From Balanoglossus misakiensis (lineage: Eukaryota > Animalia > Hemichordata), in NCBI GenBank assembly GCA_040954595.2, contig CM082596.2:11152454-11216453 (forward strand): DNA of 64,000 bases, written 5' to 3'. The position numbers and the translations under genes are program-made. The notes below the pieces were generated by a model that saw only the letters and a program-made list of their open reading frames with translations, ran no database searches and was not told the origin of the DNA. This document shows positions 12,701 through 28,800 of this stretch, piece by piece; position 1 is the first letter of the stretch; each line of letters opens with the position of its first letter.

Positions 12701-15700
12701 GATAGATTAATATTGCAAATAATTTAATTTCTTACATTATAAATGGAATTCACAGAATGGTCACATAACAGGATATGTTTTACTAAAAAGACTTATGTTA
12801 TAGTTTCAAGGCTTTGTTTTGGAATAACGAATTCTCTACAAGATTTAAGTGGAACAGTCACAGAATAAAAACAAATATGGAAAGAGTTATGCCAGAATGT
12901 TGTAAGGAATAGATTAATATTGCAAATAATTTAATTTCTTACATCATAAATGGAATTCAAAGAAACGTCACGTAACAGGATATGTATAGTTTCAAGGCTT
13001 TGTTTTGGAATAACGAATTCTCTACAAGATTTAAGTGGAACAGTCACAGAATGAAAACAAATATGGAAAGAGTTATGCTGGAATGTTGTAAGGGATAGAT
13101 TAATATTGCAAATAATTTAATTTCTTACATCATAAAATGAATTCAAAGAATGGTCACATAACTGGATATGTTTTACTAAAAAGACTTATGTTATAGTTTC
13201 AAGGCTTTGTTTTGGAATAACGAATTCTCTACAAGATTTAAGTGGAACAGTCACAGAATGAAAACAAATATGGAAAGAGATATGCTGGAATGTTGTAAGG
13301 GATAGATTAATATTGCAAATAATTTAATTTCTTCCATCATAAATGGAATTCAAAGAATGGTCACATAACGGGCCATGTTTTACAAAAAGACTTATGTATA
13401 GTTTCAAGGCTTTGTTTTGGAATAACGAATTCTTTACAAGATTTAAGTGTAACAGTTACAGAATGAAAAAAAATATGGAAAGAGTTATGCCGGAATGTTG
13501 TAAGGGATAGATTAATATTGCAAATAATTTAATTTCTTACATCATAAATGGAATTCACAGAATGGTCACATAACAGGATATGTTTTACTAAAAAGACTTA
13601 TGTTATAGTTTCAAGGCTTTGTTTTGGAATAACGAATTCTCTACAAGATTTAAGTGGAACAGTCACAGAATAAAAACAAATATGGAAAGAGTTATGCCAG
13701 AATGTTGTAAGGAATAGATTAATATTGCAAATAATTTAATTTCTTACATCATAAATGGAATTCAAAGAATCGTCACGTAACAGGATATGTATAGTTTCAA
13801 GGCTTTGTATTGGAATAACGAATTCTCTACAGGATTTAAGTGGAACAGTCACAGAATGAAAACAAATATGGAAAGAGTTATGCTGGAATGTTATAAGGGA
13901 TAGATTAATATTGCAAATAATTTAATTTCTTACATCATAAAATGAATTCAAAGAATGGTCACATAACAGGATATGTTTTACTAAAAAGACTTATGTTATA
14001 GATTCAAGGCTTTGTTTTGGAATAACGAATTCTCTACAAGATTTAAGTGGAACAGTCACAGAATGAAAACAAATATGGAAAGAGTTATGCTGGAATGTTA
14101 TAAGGGATAGATTAATATTGCAAATAATTTAATTTCTTACATCATGAAATGAATTCAAAGAATGGTCACATAACGGGCCATGTTTTACAAAAAGACTTTT
14201 GTATAGTTTCAAGGCTGTGTTTTGGAATAACGAATTCTCTACAGGATTTAAGTGGAACAGTCACAGAATGAAAACAAATATGGAAAGAGTTATGCTGGAA
14301 TGTTGTAAGGGATAGATTTATATTGCAAATAATTTAATTTCTTACATCATAAAATGAATTCAAAGAATGGTCACATAACAGGATATGTTTTACTAAAAAG
14401 ACTTATGTTATAGATTCAAGGCTTTGTTTTGGAATAACGAATTCTCTACAAGATTTAAGTGGAACAGTCACAGAATGAAAACAAATATGGAAAGAGTTAT
14501 GCCGGAATGTTGTAAGGAATAGATTAATATTGCAAATAATTTAATTTCTTACATCATAAATGGAATTCAAAGAACCGTCACGTAACAGGATATGTTATAG
14601 ATTCAAGGCTTTGTTTTGGAATAACGAATTCTCTACAAGATTTAAGTGGAACAGTCACAGAATGAAAACAAATATGGAAAGAGTTATGCCGGAATGTTGT
14701 AAGGAATAGATTAATATTGCAAATAATTTAATTTCTTACATCATAAATGGAATTCAAAGAAACGTCACGTAACAGGATATGTATAGTTTCAAGGCTTTGT
14801 TTTGGAATAACGAATTCTCTACAAGATTTAAGTGGAACAGTCACAGAATGAAAACAAATATGGAAAGAGTTATGTCGGAATGTTGTAAGGGATAGATTAA
14901 TATTGCAAATAATTTAATTTCTTACATCATAAATGGAATTCAAAGAATGGTCACATAACGGGCCATGTTTTACAAAAAAGACTTATGTATAGTTTCAAGG
15001 CTTTGTTTTTGAATAACGAATTCTCTCCAAGATTTAAGTTGAACAGTTACAGAATGAAAACAAATATTCAAATAGTTATGTTGGAATGTTGTAAGGGATA
15101 GTTTAATATTGCAAATAATTTAATTTCTTACATCATAAATGGAATTCAAAGAATGGTCACATAACGGGCCATGTTTTACAAAAAGACTTTTGTATAGTTT
15201 CAAGGCTGTGTTTTGGGCTAACGAATTCTCTACAGGATTTAAGTGGAACAGTCACAGAATGAAAACAAATATGGAAAGAGTTATGCTGGAATAGATTAAT
15301 ATTGCAAATAATTTAATTTCTTACATCATAAAATGAATTCAAAGAATGGTCACATAACAGGATATGTTTTACTAAAAAGACTTATGTATAGTTTCAAGGC
15401 TTTGTTTTGGAATAACGAATTCTCTACAAGATTTAAGTGGAACAGTCACAGAATGAAAACAAATATGGAAAGAGTTATGCTCGAATGTTGTAAGGAATAG
15501 ATTAATATTGCAAATAATTTAATTTCTTACATCATAAATGGAATTCAAAGAAACGTCACGTAACAGGATATGTATAGTTTCAAGGCTTTGTTTTGGAATA
15601 ACGAATTCTCTACAAGATTTAAGTGGCACAGTCACAGAATGAAAACAAATATGGAAAGAGTTATGCCGAATGTTGTAAGGAATAGATTAATATTGCAAAT

Positions 15701-16545
15701 ATTTTAATTTCTTACATCATAAAATGAATTCAAAGAATGGTCACATAACAGGATATGTTTTACTAAAAAGACTTATATATAGTTTCAAGGCTTTGTTTTG
15801 GAATAACGAATTCTCTACAAGATTTAAGTGGAACAGTCACAGAATGAAAACAAATATGGAAAGAGTTATGCTGGAATGTTGTAAGGAATAGATTAATATT
15901 GCAAATAATTTAATTTCTTACATCATAAATGGAATTCAAAGAAACGTCACGTAACAGGATATGTATAGTTTCAAGGCTTTGTTTTGGAATAACGAATTCT
16001 CTACAAGATTTAAGTGGCACAGTCACAGAATGAAAACAAATATGGAAAGAGTTATGCCGAATGTTGTAAGGAATAGATTAATATTGCAAATATTTTAATT
16101 TCTTACATCATAAAATGAATTCAAAGAATGGTCACATAACAGGATATGTTTTACTAAAAAGACTTATATATAGTTTCAAGGCTTTGTTTTGGAATAACGA
16201 ATTCTCTACAAGATTTAAGTGGAACAGTCACAGAATGAAAACAAATATGGAAAGAGTTATGCTGGAATGTTGTAAGGGATAGATTTATATTGCAAATAAT
16301 TTAATTTCTTACATCATAAATGGAATTCAAAGAAACGTCACGTAACAGGATATGTATAGTTTCAAACCTTTGTTTTTGAGTAACGAATTCTCTACAAGAT
16401 TTAAGTGGAACAGTCACAGAATGAAAACAAATATGGAAAGAGTTATGCTGAAATGTTGTAAGCGATAGATTAATATTGCATAAAATTTAATTTCTTACAT
16501 CATAAATGGAATTCAAAGAATGGTCACATAACTGGATATGTTTTA
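3755..16545. repeat. Satellite array block (206/186-bp monomers with local higher-order repeats)
   Basis: 206-bp period (aaagacttat at 8941 and 9147). 186-bp monomers lack tttactaaaaagacttatgt. An 805-bp tetramer is marked by gaatgaaaaaaaatatgg at ~12660 and ~13465. Confidence 0.97.
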
Positions 16546-19500
16546 AACAGTATAGAAAACATTTTCCAATTTCCGAAAAGTAGCCGTTTTTTAAACTTTT
16601 TTCAAGGAAATTAGTGTTTTGTTCACAGTACAATATATTTCGATATTTTTCTATGATTATTTTCAAGATGTTTGCGAGTGTGCAGAAAGAAAAGAATAAA
16701 CTGTGAAATTTCCATAGAAATAATGAAGGAGCCATCTTTAGGTTGTATGGATTTGAATATTTCATTGAAAAAAACTAATAACTAAATTATGAATTCAATT
16801 AATAGTACAATTTGCAAAAAATTGCTAGTCACTCCAGAAGGGTCAGTGCTTGGAAATGTGAGAGCCTGGAAATTTCCAAGCACTGACAAGGGTCAGTGGT
16901 CGGAAATTTCCAGACACTCAGGGAATGTGAGAGCCTGGAAATTTCCAAGCACTGACAAGGGTCAGTGGTCGGAAATTTCCAGACACTCAGGGAATGTGAG
17001 AGCTTAGAAATTTCCAAGCACTGACAAGGGTCAGTGGTCGGAAATTTCCAGACACTCAGGGAATGTGAGAGCCTAGAAATTTCCAAGCACTGACAGGGTT
17101 AGTGGCCGGAAATATCCAGTCACTCGGGGAATGTGAGAGCCTGGAAATTTCCAAGCATTGACAGGGTCAGTGCTTGGAAATCTTGAGTTTCTCTATCATG
17201 TTTCAAATTATGGCCTTTAGGAAAACGATCTGTTGAGGAACCTGTATTTATATCTTCAAACCTACGGATGAGTTTGGTCGTTTGACTGCGGTGGCCTCTT
17301 CTGCTGTTCTTCTCTCTCTCCATGCCCGACATCCTGGTCTCGGCACCAACAAATGTACCGCGTACACTTGGGAATAGGTTCGGAATGAAGAGAGAGGGGC
17401 GGGATGGCCAATACTTCTTTATATACAGTGGTTTGAACTGTGACATTTGGTAACACTGCATAATTCAAGAACAATAGCATTTGGTAGTTGTGAAGTTGTG
17501 ACTTTGTATACAGAGTATAAAGAACAATTGTGTCAGATAAACAATACCAATTCCCAATAAACAACTAGTGTATGGGCTAACTCAGAGGAGTTGGTAGGTG
17601 AAGCCTGTCATGAACATTGTGACGCTAAGGCTCCTTAGACAAACCTGGTGCGTCTGCGGTCCAGATCCGTACCAGAGCTTTTCGCCGAAATTCGATTTTA
17701 TCGGGAGAATATCCTTTCCCTGTCTACTAACCGGTTATAACTGCGATTGACTTCTTCTAACATCCGAACCGCTCGCTTTCTGAAACTTTTGTGTTTACCC
17801 ATTGAGATAACCTCACTGTATTCAATATGGCGATCTCAACAGGTAAACACAAGAGAAAATCAGAAAGCGAGTGGCTCGGAAGTTAATTACATCATATTTG
17901 GAGTCATTTGTGGGTAGACGGGGGAAAGATTCCCCCCGATAAAATCCAATCTCGGCCGAAAAGCTGCTGTCCGGATCCGGATCTCAGATGAATCAGTTTT
18001 GTCCATGGAGCCTTGCAGAGATGTGGTGGAAGCCGTGTATTAAACGCCGGGAGAACGCAGACATGTACGGAGGACTACCACGACCCTGTCAGTGCTTGGA
18101 AAGTTCAAGGCTCTCACATTCCCTGAGTGTCTGGAAATTTCCGACCACTGACCCTTGTCTGTGCTTGGAAATTTCTAAGCTCTCACATTCCCTGAGTGTC
18201 TGGAAATTTCCGACCACTGACCCTTGTCAGTGCTTGGAAATTTCCAGGCTCTCACATTCCCTGAGTGTCCGGAAATTTCCGACCACTGACCCTTGTCAGT
18301 GCTTGGATATTTCTAAGCTCTCACATTCCCTGAGTGTCTGGAAATTTTCGACCACTGACCCTTGTCAGTGCTTGGAAATTTCCAGGCTCTCATATTCCCT
18401 GAGTGTCTGGAAATTTCCGACCACTGACCATTGTCAGTGCTTGGAAATTTCCAGGCTCTCATATTCCCTGAGTGTCTGGAAATTTCCGACCACTGACCCT
18501 TGTCAGTGCTTGGAAATTTCCAGGCTCTCATATTCCCTGAGTGTCTGGAAATTTTCGACCACTGACCCTTGTCAGTGCTTGGAAATTTCCAGGCTCTCAT
18601 ATTCCCTGAGTGTCTGGAAATTTCCGACCACTGACCCTTGTCAGTGCTTGGAAATTTCCAGGCTCTCACATTCCCTGAGTGTCTGGAAATTTCCGACCAC
18701 TGACCCTTGTCTGTGCTTGGAAATTTCTAAGCTCTCACATTCCCTGAGTGTCTGGAAATTTCCGACCACTGACCCTTGTCAGTGCTTGGAAATTTCCAGG
18801 CTCTCACATTCCCTGAGTGTCCGGAAATTTCCGACCACTGACCCTTGTCAGTGCTTGGATATTTCTAAGCTCTCACATTCCCTGAGTGTCTGGAAATTTT
18901 CGACCACTGACCCTTGTCAGTGCTTGGAAATTTCCAGGCTCTCATATTCCCTGAGTGTCTGGAAATTTCCGACCACTGACCATTGTCAGTGCTTGGAAAT
19001 TTCCAGGCTCTCATATTCCCTGAGTGTCTGGAAATTTTCGACCACTGACCCTTGTCAGTGCTTGGAAATTTCCAGGCTCTCATATTCCCTGAGTGTCTGG
19101 AAATTTTCGACCACTGACCCTTGTCAGTGCTTGGAAATTTCCAGGCTCTCATATTCCCTGAGTGTCTGGAAATTTCCGACCACTGACCCTTGTCAGTGCT
19201 TGGAAATTTCCAGGCTCTCACATTCCCTGAGTGTCTGGAAATTTCCGACCACTGACCCTTGTCAGTGCTTGGAAATTTCCAGACTCTCACATTCCCTGAG
19301 TGTCTGGAAATTTCCGACCACTGACCCTTGTCAGTACTTGGAAATTTCCAAGCTCTCACATGCCACTGACTCTTTCCAAGTATTTTAGCCGCAAAATATG
19401 GATTTGTCAATGAGCAGTGCTTATTTCCTAAAATTCATACGAAATCCAACGGATTTGTGTGATGCGGATATTAATCTAACAATTCTTGTAATAAATATTG

Positions 19501-19896
19501 GGTTTCAGATTTACTTTTTGATGCTATTGTTTTTTCTGGCGAAATTTTACAAACAATTCACACACTTGCAAATTTTCAATAGAAATATTACTCATGATAA
19601 ACATGGAGACAAAATTTCATTAGAAAAAAATCAAAAGGACTGTCATGTACGTGGCTTTGAAGGAGACTCAGTTTTTTCACAGATAAATTTTAATTTTAGT
19701 TTAAAGCCAAAATATGACAAAATGCATTTTTCCTGCTGTACAGCTGCAGGAAAGAGACTAAGAATACCATTATGTAATTTTTTTCATTAGAAATTGGCAA
19801 AGAATGGGGAATATTTTCATAAATTTCTAACTTTTTCAGCAGTAATTATGTAAAAAAGAGGTTTTTCGGAAATTGGAAAATGTTTTCTATACTGTT
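16546..19896. mobile_element. Foldback-type TIR element A, copy 2 (from 16,142-bp tandem duplication)
   Basis: All ORFs of 345-3648 recur identically shifted by 16,142 bp, with the same TIRs, TTTA flanks and flanking satellite variants. Confidence 0.9.
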
Positions 19897-22800
19897 TTTA
19901 CTAAAATGACTTATGTATAGGTTCAAGAATTTGTGTTGAAATACCAAATTCTCTACAAGATTGAAGTGGAACAGTCACAGAATGAAAACAGATATATAGA
20001 AAGAGTTATGCCGGAATGTTGTAAGGGATGGATTAATATTGCAAATAATTTAATTTCTTATATCATAAATGGAATTCAAAGAATGGTCACATAACGGGCG
20101 ATGTTTTAGTAAAAAGACTTATGTATAGTTTCAAGGCTTTGTTTTGGAATAACTAATTCTCTACAAGATTTAAGTGGAACAGTCACAGAATGAAAACAAA
20201 TATGGAAAGAGTTATGTCGGAATGTTGTAAGGGATAGATTAATATTGCAAATAATTTAATTTCTTACATCATAAATGGAATTCAAAGAAACATCACGTAA
20301 CAGGATATGTATCGTTTCAAGGCTTTGTTTTGGAATAACGAATTCTCTACAAGATTTAAGTGGAACAGTCACAGAATGAAAACAAATATGGAAAGAGTTA
20401 TGCTGGAATAGATTAATATTGCAAATAATTTAATTTCTTACGTCATAAAATGAATTCAAAGAATGGTCACATAACAGGATATGTTTTACTAAAAAGACTT
20501 ATGTATAGTTTCAAGGCTTTGTTTTGGAATAACGAATTCTCTACAAGATTTAAGTGGAACAGTCACAGAATGAAAACAAATATGGAAAGAGTTATGCTGG
20601 AATGTTGTAAGGAATAGATTAATATTGCAAATAATTTAATTTCTTACATCATAAATGGAATTCAAAGAAACGTCACGTAACAGGATATGTATAGTTTCAA
20701 GGCTTTGTTTTGGAATAACGAATTCTCTACAAGATTTAAGTGGAACAGTCACAGAATGAAAACAAATATGGAAAGAGTTATGCCGGAATGTTGTAAGGAA
20801 TAGATTAATATTGCAAATAATTTAATTTCTTACATCATAAATGGAATTCAAAGAACCGTCACGTAACAGGATATGTATAGTTTCAAGGCTTTGTTTTGGA
20901 ATAACGAATTCTCTACAAGATTTAAGTGGAACAGTCACAGAATGAAAACAAATATGGAAAGAATTATGTCGGAATGTTGTAAGGGATAGATTAATATTGC
21001 AAATAATTTAATTTCTTACATCATAAATGGAATTCAAAGAATGGTCACATAACGGGCCATGTTTTACAAAAAAGACTTATGTATAGTTTCAAGGCTTTGT
21101 TTTTGAATAACGAATTCTCTCCAAGATTTAAGTTGAACAGTTACAGAATGAAAACAAATATTCAAATAGTTATGTTGGAATGTTGTAAGGGATAGTTTAA
21201 TATTGCAAATAATTTAATTTCTTACATCATAAATGGAATTCAAAGAATGGTCACATAACGGGCCATGTTTTACAAAAAGACTTTTGTATAGTTTCAAGGC
21301 TGTGTTTTGGAATAACGAATTCTCTACAGGATTTAAGTGGAACAGTCACAGAATGAAAACAAATATGGAAAGAGTTATGCTGGAATAGATTAATATTGCA
21401 AATAATTTAATTTCTTACATCATAAAATGAATTCAAAGAATGGTCACATAACAGGATATGTTTTACTAAAAAGACTTATGTATAGTTTCAAGGCTTTGTT
21501 TTGGAATAACGAATTCTCTACAAGATTTAAGTGGAACAGTCACAGAATGAAAACAAATATGGAAAGAGTTATGCTGGAATGTTGTAAGGAATAGATTAAT
21601 ATTGCAAATAATTTAATTTCTTACATCATAAATGGAATTCAAAGAAACGTCACGTAACAGGATATGTATAGTTTCAAGGCTTTGTTTTGGAATAACGAAT
21701 TCTCTACAAGATTTAAGTGGCACAGTCACAGAATGAAAACAAATATGGAAAGAGTTATGCCGAATGTTGTAAGGAATAGATTAATATTGCAAATATTTTA
21801 ATTTCTTACATCATAAAATGAATTCAAAGAATGGTCACATAACAGGATATGTTTTACTAAAAGACTTATATATAGTTTCAAGGCTTTGTTTTGGAATAAC
21901 GAATTCTCTACAAGATTTAAGTGGAACAGTCACAGAATGAAAACAAATATGGAAAGAGTTATGCTGGAATGTTGTAAGGAATAGATTAATATTGCAAATA
22001 ATTTAATTTCTTACATCATAAATGGAATTCAAAGAAACGTCACGTAACAGGATATGTATAGTTTCGAGGCTTTGTTTTGGAATAATGAATTCTCTACAAG
22101 ATTTAAGTGGCACAGTCACAGAATGAAAACAAATATGGAAAGAGTTATGCCGAATGTTGTAAGGAATAGATTAATATTGCAAATATTTTAATTTCTTATA
22201 TCATAAAATGAATTCAAAGAATGGTCACATAACAGGATATGTTTTACTAAAAAGACTTATATATAGTTTCAAGGCTTTGTTTTGGAATAACGAATTCTCT
22301 ACAAGATTTAAGTGGAACAGTCACAGAATGAAAACAAATATGGAAAGAGTTATGCTGGAATGTTGTAAGGGATAGATTTATATTGCAAATAATTTAATTT
22401 CTTACATCATAAATGGAATTCAAAGAAACGTCACGTAACAGGATATGTATAGTTTCAAACCTTTGTTTTTGAGTAACGAATTCTCTACAAGATTTAAGTG
22501 GAACAGTCACAGAATGAAAACAAATATGGAAAGAGTTATGCTGAAATGTTGTAAGCGATAGATTAATATTGCATAAAATTTAATTTCTTACATCATAAAT
22601 GGAATTCAAAGAATGGTCACATAACTGGATATGTTTTACTAAAATGACTTATGTATAGGTTCAAGAATTTGTGTTGAAATACCAAATTCTCTACAAGATT
22701 GAAGTGGAACAGTCACAGAATGAAAACAGATATATAGAAAGAGTTATGCCGGAATGTTGTAAGGGATGGATTAATATTGCAAATAATTTAATTTCTTATA

Positions 22801-25800
22801 TCATAAATGGAATTCAAAGAATGGTCACATAACGGGCGATGTTTTAGTAAAAAGACTTATGTATAGTTTCAAGGCTTTGTTTTGGAATAACTAATTCTCT
22901 ACAAGATTTAAGTGGAACAGTCACAGAATGAAAACAAATATGGAAAGAGTTATGCCAGAATGTTGTAAGGAATAGATTAATATTGCAAATATTTTAATTT
23001 CTTACATCATAAAATGAATTCAAAGAATGGTCACATAACAGGATATGTTTTACTAAAAGACTTATATATAGTTTCAAGGCTTTGTTTTGGAATAACGAAT
23101 TCTCTACAAGATTTAAGTGGAACAGTCACAGAATGAAAACAAATATGGAAAGAGTTATGCTGGAATGTTGTAAGGAATAGATTAATATTGCAAATAATTT
23201 AATTTCTTACATCATAAATGGAATTCAAAGAAACGTCACGTAACAGGATATGTATAGTTTCGAGGCTTTGTTTTGGAATAATGAATTCTCTACAAGATTT
23301 AAGTGGCACAGTCACAGAATGAAAACAAATATGGAAAGAGTTATGCCGAATGTTGTAAGGAATAGATTAATATTGCAAATATTTTAATTTCTTATATCAT
23401 AAAATGAATTCAAAGAATGGTCACATAACAGGATATGTTTTACTAAAAAGACTTATGTTATAGATTCAAGGCTTTGTTTTGGAATAACGAATTCTCTACA
23501 AGATTTAAGTGGAACAGTCACAGAATGAAAACAAATATGGAAAGAGTTATGCCGGAATGTTGTAAGGAATAGATTAATATTGCAAATAATTTAATTTCTT
23601 ACATCATAAATGGAATTCAAAGAATGGTCACATAATGGGCCATGTTTTACTAAAAAGACTTATGTATAGTTTCAAGGCTTTGTTTTGGAATAACGAATTC
23701 TCTCCAAGATTTAAGTTGAACAGTTACAGAATGAAAACAAATATTCAAATAGTTATGTTGGAATGTTGTAAGGGATAGTTTAATATTGCAAATAATTTAA
23801 TTTCTTACATCATAAATGAAATTCAAAGAATGGTCAAATAACGGGCCATGTTTTACTAAAAAGACTTAATATGTATAGTTTGAAGGCTTTGTTTTGGAAT
23901 AACGAATTCTCTACAAGATTTAAGTGGAACAGTCACAGAATGAAAACAAATATGGAAAGAGTTATGCCAGAATGTTGTAAGAAATAGATTAATATTGCAA
24001 ATAATTTAATTTCTTACATCATAAATGGAATTCAAAGAATGGTCACATAATGGGCCATGTTTTACTAAAAAGACTTATGTATAGTTTCAAGGCTTTGTTT
24101 TGGAATAACGAATTCTCTCCAAGATTTAAGTTGAACAGTTACAGAATGAACACAAATATGGAAAGAGATATGCTGGAATGTTGTAAGGGATAGATTAATA
24201 TTGCAAATAATTTAATTTATTCCATCATAAATGGAATTCAAAGAATGGTCACATAACGGGCCATGTTTTACAAAAAGACTTATGTATAGTTTCAAGGCTT
24301 TGTTTTGGAATAACGAATTCTCTTCAAGATTTAAGTGGAACAGTCACAGAATGAAAACAAATATGGAAAGAGTTATGCTGGAATGTTGTAAGGGATAGAT
24401 TAATATTGCAAATAATTTAAATTCTTACATCATAAAATGAATTCAAAGAATGGTCACATAACTGGATATGTTTTATTAAAAAGACTTATGTTATAGTTTC
24501 AAGGCTTTGTTTTGGAATAACGAATTCTCTACAAGATTTAAGTGGAACAGTCACAGAATGAAAACAAATATGGAAAGAGTTATGCCAGAATGTTGTAAGG
24601 AATAGATTAATATTGCAAATAATTTAATTTCTTACATCATAAATGGAATTCAAAGAATCGTCACGTAACAGGATATGTATAGTTTGAAGGCTTTGTTTTG
24701 GAATAACGAATTCTCTACAGGATTTAAGTGGAACAGTCACAGAATGAAAACAAATATAGAAAGAGTTATGCCGGAATGTTGTAAGGGATGGATTAATATT
24801 GCAAATAATTTAATTTCTTATATCATAAATGGAATTCAAAGAATGGTCACATAACGGGCCATGTTTTAGTAAAAAGACTTATGTATAGTTTCAAGGCTTT
24901 GTTTTGGAATAACGAATTCTCTACAAGATTTAAGTGGAACAGTCACAGAATGAAAACAAATATGGAAAGAGTTATGTCGGAATGTTGTAAGGGATAGTTT
25001 AATATTGCAAATAATTTAATTTCTTACATCATAAATGGAATTCAAAGAATGGTCACATAATGGGCCATGTTTTACTAAAAAGACTTATGTATAGTTTCAA
25101 GGCTTTGTTTTGGAATAACGAATTCTCTACAGGATTTAAGTGGAACAGTCACAGAATGAAAACAAATATGGAAAGAGTTATGTCGGAATGTTGTAAGGGA
25201 TAGTTTAATATTGCAAATAATTTAATTTCTTACATCATAAATGGAATTCAAAGAATGGTCACATAATGGGCCATGTTTTACTAAAAAGACTTATGTATAG
25301 TTTCAAGGCTTTGTTTTGGAATAACGAATTCTCTCCAAGATTTAAGTGGAACAGTCACAGAATGAAAACAAATATTCAAATAGTTATGTTGGAATGTTGT
25401 AAGGGATAGTTTAATATTGCAAATAATTTAATTTCTTACATCATAAATGAAATTCAAAGAATGGTCAAATAACGGGCAATGTTTTACTAAAAAGACTTAA
25501 TATGTATAGTTTGAAGGCTTTGTTTTGGAATAACGAATTCTCTACAAGATTTAAGTGGAACAGTCACAGAATGAAAACAAATATGGAAAGCGTTATGCCG
25601 GAATGTTGTAAGGGATAGATTAATATTGCAAATAATTTAATTTCTTACATCATAAATGGAATTCACAGAATGGTCACATAACAGGATATGTTTTACTAAA
25701 AAGACTTATGTTATAGTTTCAAGGCTTTGTTTTGGAATAACGAATTCTCTACAAGATTTAAGTGGAACAGTCACAGAATGAAAACAAATATGGAAAGAGT

Positions 25801-28800
25801 TATGCCAGAATGTTGTAAGGAATAGATTAATATTGCAAATAATTTAATTTCTTACATCATAAATGGAATTCAAAGAATCGTCACGTAACAGGATATGTAT
25901 AGTTTCAAGGCTTTGTTTTGGAATAACGAATTCTCTACAGGATTTAAGTGGAACAGTCACAGAATGAAAACAAATATGGAAAGAGTTATGCTGGAATGTT
26001 GTAAGGGATAGATTAATATTGCAAATAATTTAATTTCTTACATCATAAAATTAATTCAAAGAATGGTCACATAACGGGATAGGTTTTACTAAAAAGACTT
26101 ATGTTATAGTTTCATGGCTTTGTTTGGAATAACGAATTCTCTACAAGATTTAAGTTAAACAGTTACAGAATGAAAACAAATATTCAAATAGTTATGTTGG
26201 AATGTTGTAAGGGATAGTTTAATATTGCAAATAATTTAATTTCTTACATCATAAATGAAATTCAAAGAATGGTCAAATAACGGGCAGTGTTTTACTAAAA
26301 AGACTTAATATGTATAGTTTGAAGGCTTTGTTTTGGAATAACGAATTCCCTACAAGATTTAAGTGGAACAGTCACAGAATGAAAACAAATATTCAAATAG
26401 TTATGCTGGAATGTTGTAAGGGATAGATTAATATTGCAAATAATTTAATTTCTTACATCATAAAATGAATTCAAAGAATGGTCACATAACTGGATATGTT
26501 TTACTAAAAAGACTTATGTTATAGTTTCAAGGCTTTGTTATGGAATAACGAATTCTCTACAAGATTTAAGTGGAACAGTCACAGAATGAAAACAAATATG
26601 GAAAGAGATATGCTGGAATGTTGTAAGGGATAGATTAATATTGCAAATAATTTAATTTCTTCCATCATAAATGGAATTCAAAGAATGGTCACATAACGGG
26701 CCATGTTTTACAAAAAGACTTATGTATAGTTTCAAGGCTTTGTTTTGGAATAACGAATTCTCTTCAAGATTTAAGTGGAACAGTCACAGAATGAAAACAA
26801 ATATGGAAAGAGTTATGCTGGAATGTTGTAAGGGATAGATTAATATTGCAAATAATTTAAATTCTTACATCATAAAATGAATTCAAAGAATGGTCACATA
26901 ACTGGATATGTTTTATTAAAAAGACTTATGTTATAGTTTCAAGGCTTTGTTTTGGAATAACGAATTCTCTACAAGATTTAAGTGGAACAGTCACAGAATG
27001 AAAACAAATATGGAAAGAGTTATGCCAGAATGTTGTAAGGAATAGATTAATATTGCAAATAATTTAATTTCTTACATCATAAATGGAATTCAAAGAATCG
27101 TCACGTAACAGGATATGTATAGTTTCATGGCTTTGTTTTGGAATAACGAATTCTCTACAGGATTTAAGTGGAACAGTCACAGAATGAAAACAAATATGGA
27201 AAGAGTTATGCTGGAATGTTGTAAGGGATAGATTAATATTGCAAATAATTTAATTTCTTACATCATAAAATTAATTCAAAGAATGGTCACATAACGGGAT
27301 ATGTTTTACTAAAAAGACTTATGTTATAGTTTCAAGGCTTTGTTTTGGAATAACGAATTCTCTACAAGATTTAAGTTAAACAGTTACAGAATGAAAACAA
27401 ATATTCAAATAGTTATGTTGGAATGTTGTAAGGGATAGTTATATATTGCAAATAATTTAATTTCTTACATCATAAATGAAATTCAAAGAATGGTCAAATA
27501 ACGGGCCATGTTTTACTATAAAGACTTAATATGTATAGTTTGAAGGCTTTGTTTTGGAATAACGAATTCTCTACAAGATTTAAGTGTAACAGTTACAGAA
27601 TGAAAACAAATATGGAAAGAGTTATGCCGGAATGTTGTAAGTAATAGATTAATATTGCAAATAATTTAATTTCTTACATCATAAATGGAATTCAAAGAAA
27701 CGTCACGTAACAGGATATGTATAGTTTCAAGGCTTTGTTTTGGAATAACGAATTCTCTACAAGATTTAAGTTGAACAGTCACAGAATGAAAACAAATATG
27801 GAAAGCGTTATGCCGGAATGTTGTAAGGGATAGATTAATATTGCAAATAATTTAATTTCTTACATCATAAATGGAATTCAAAGAATGGTCACATAACGGG
27901 CCATGTTTTACAAAAAGACTTATGTATAGTTTCAAGGCTTTGTTTTGGAATAACGAATTCTCTACAAGATTTAAGTGGAACAGTCACAGAATGAAAACAA
28001 ATATGGAAAGAGTTATGCTGGAATGTTGTAAGGGATAGATTAATATTGCAAATAATTTAATTTCTTACATCATAAAATGAATTCAAAGAATGGTCACATA
28101 ACTGGATATGTTTTACTAAAAAGACTTATGTTATAGTTTCAAGGCTTTGTTTTGGAATAACGAATTCTCTACAAGATTTAAGTGGAACAGTCACAGAATG
28201 AAAACAAATATGGAAAGAGATATGCTGGAATGTTGTAAGGGATAGATTAATATTGCAAATAATTTAATTTCTTCCATCATAAATGGAATTCAAAGAATGG
28301 TCACATAACGGGCCATGTTTTACAAAAAGACTTATGTATAGTTTCAAGGCTTTGTTTTGGAATAACGAATTCTTTACAAGATTTAAGTGTAACAGTTACA
28401 GAATGAAAAAAAATATGGAAAGAGTTATGCCGGAATGTTGTAAGGGATAGATTAATATTGCAAATAATTTAATTTCTTACATTATAAATGGAATTCACAG
28501 AATGGTCACATAACAGGATATGTTTTACTAAAAAGACTTATGTTATAGTTTCAAGGCTTTGTTTTGGAATAACGAATTCTCTACAAGATTTAAGTGGAAC
28601 AGTCACAGAATAAAAACAAATATGGAAAGAGTTATGCCAGAATGTTGTAAGGAATAGATTAATATTGCAAATAATTTAATTTCTTACATCATAAATGGAA
28701 TTCAAAGAAACGTCACGTAACAGGATATGTATAGTTTCAAGGCTTTGTTTTGGAATAACGAATTCTCTACAAGATTTAAGTGGAACAGTCACAGAATGAA

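Noticed and set aside
3755-16545. Satellite monomer as a tandem exon (ttctctacaag acceptor ... gtaagg donor)
   Set aside because: The putative 59-nt exon is not a multiple of three, has stops in two frames and gives no recognisable peptide. Such splice-like words are common in AT-rich DNA.
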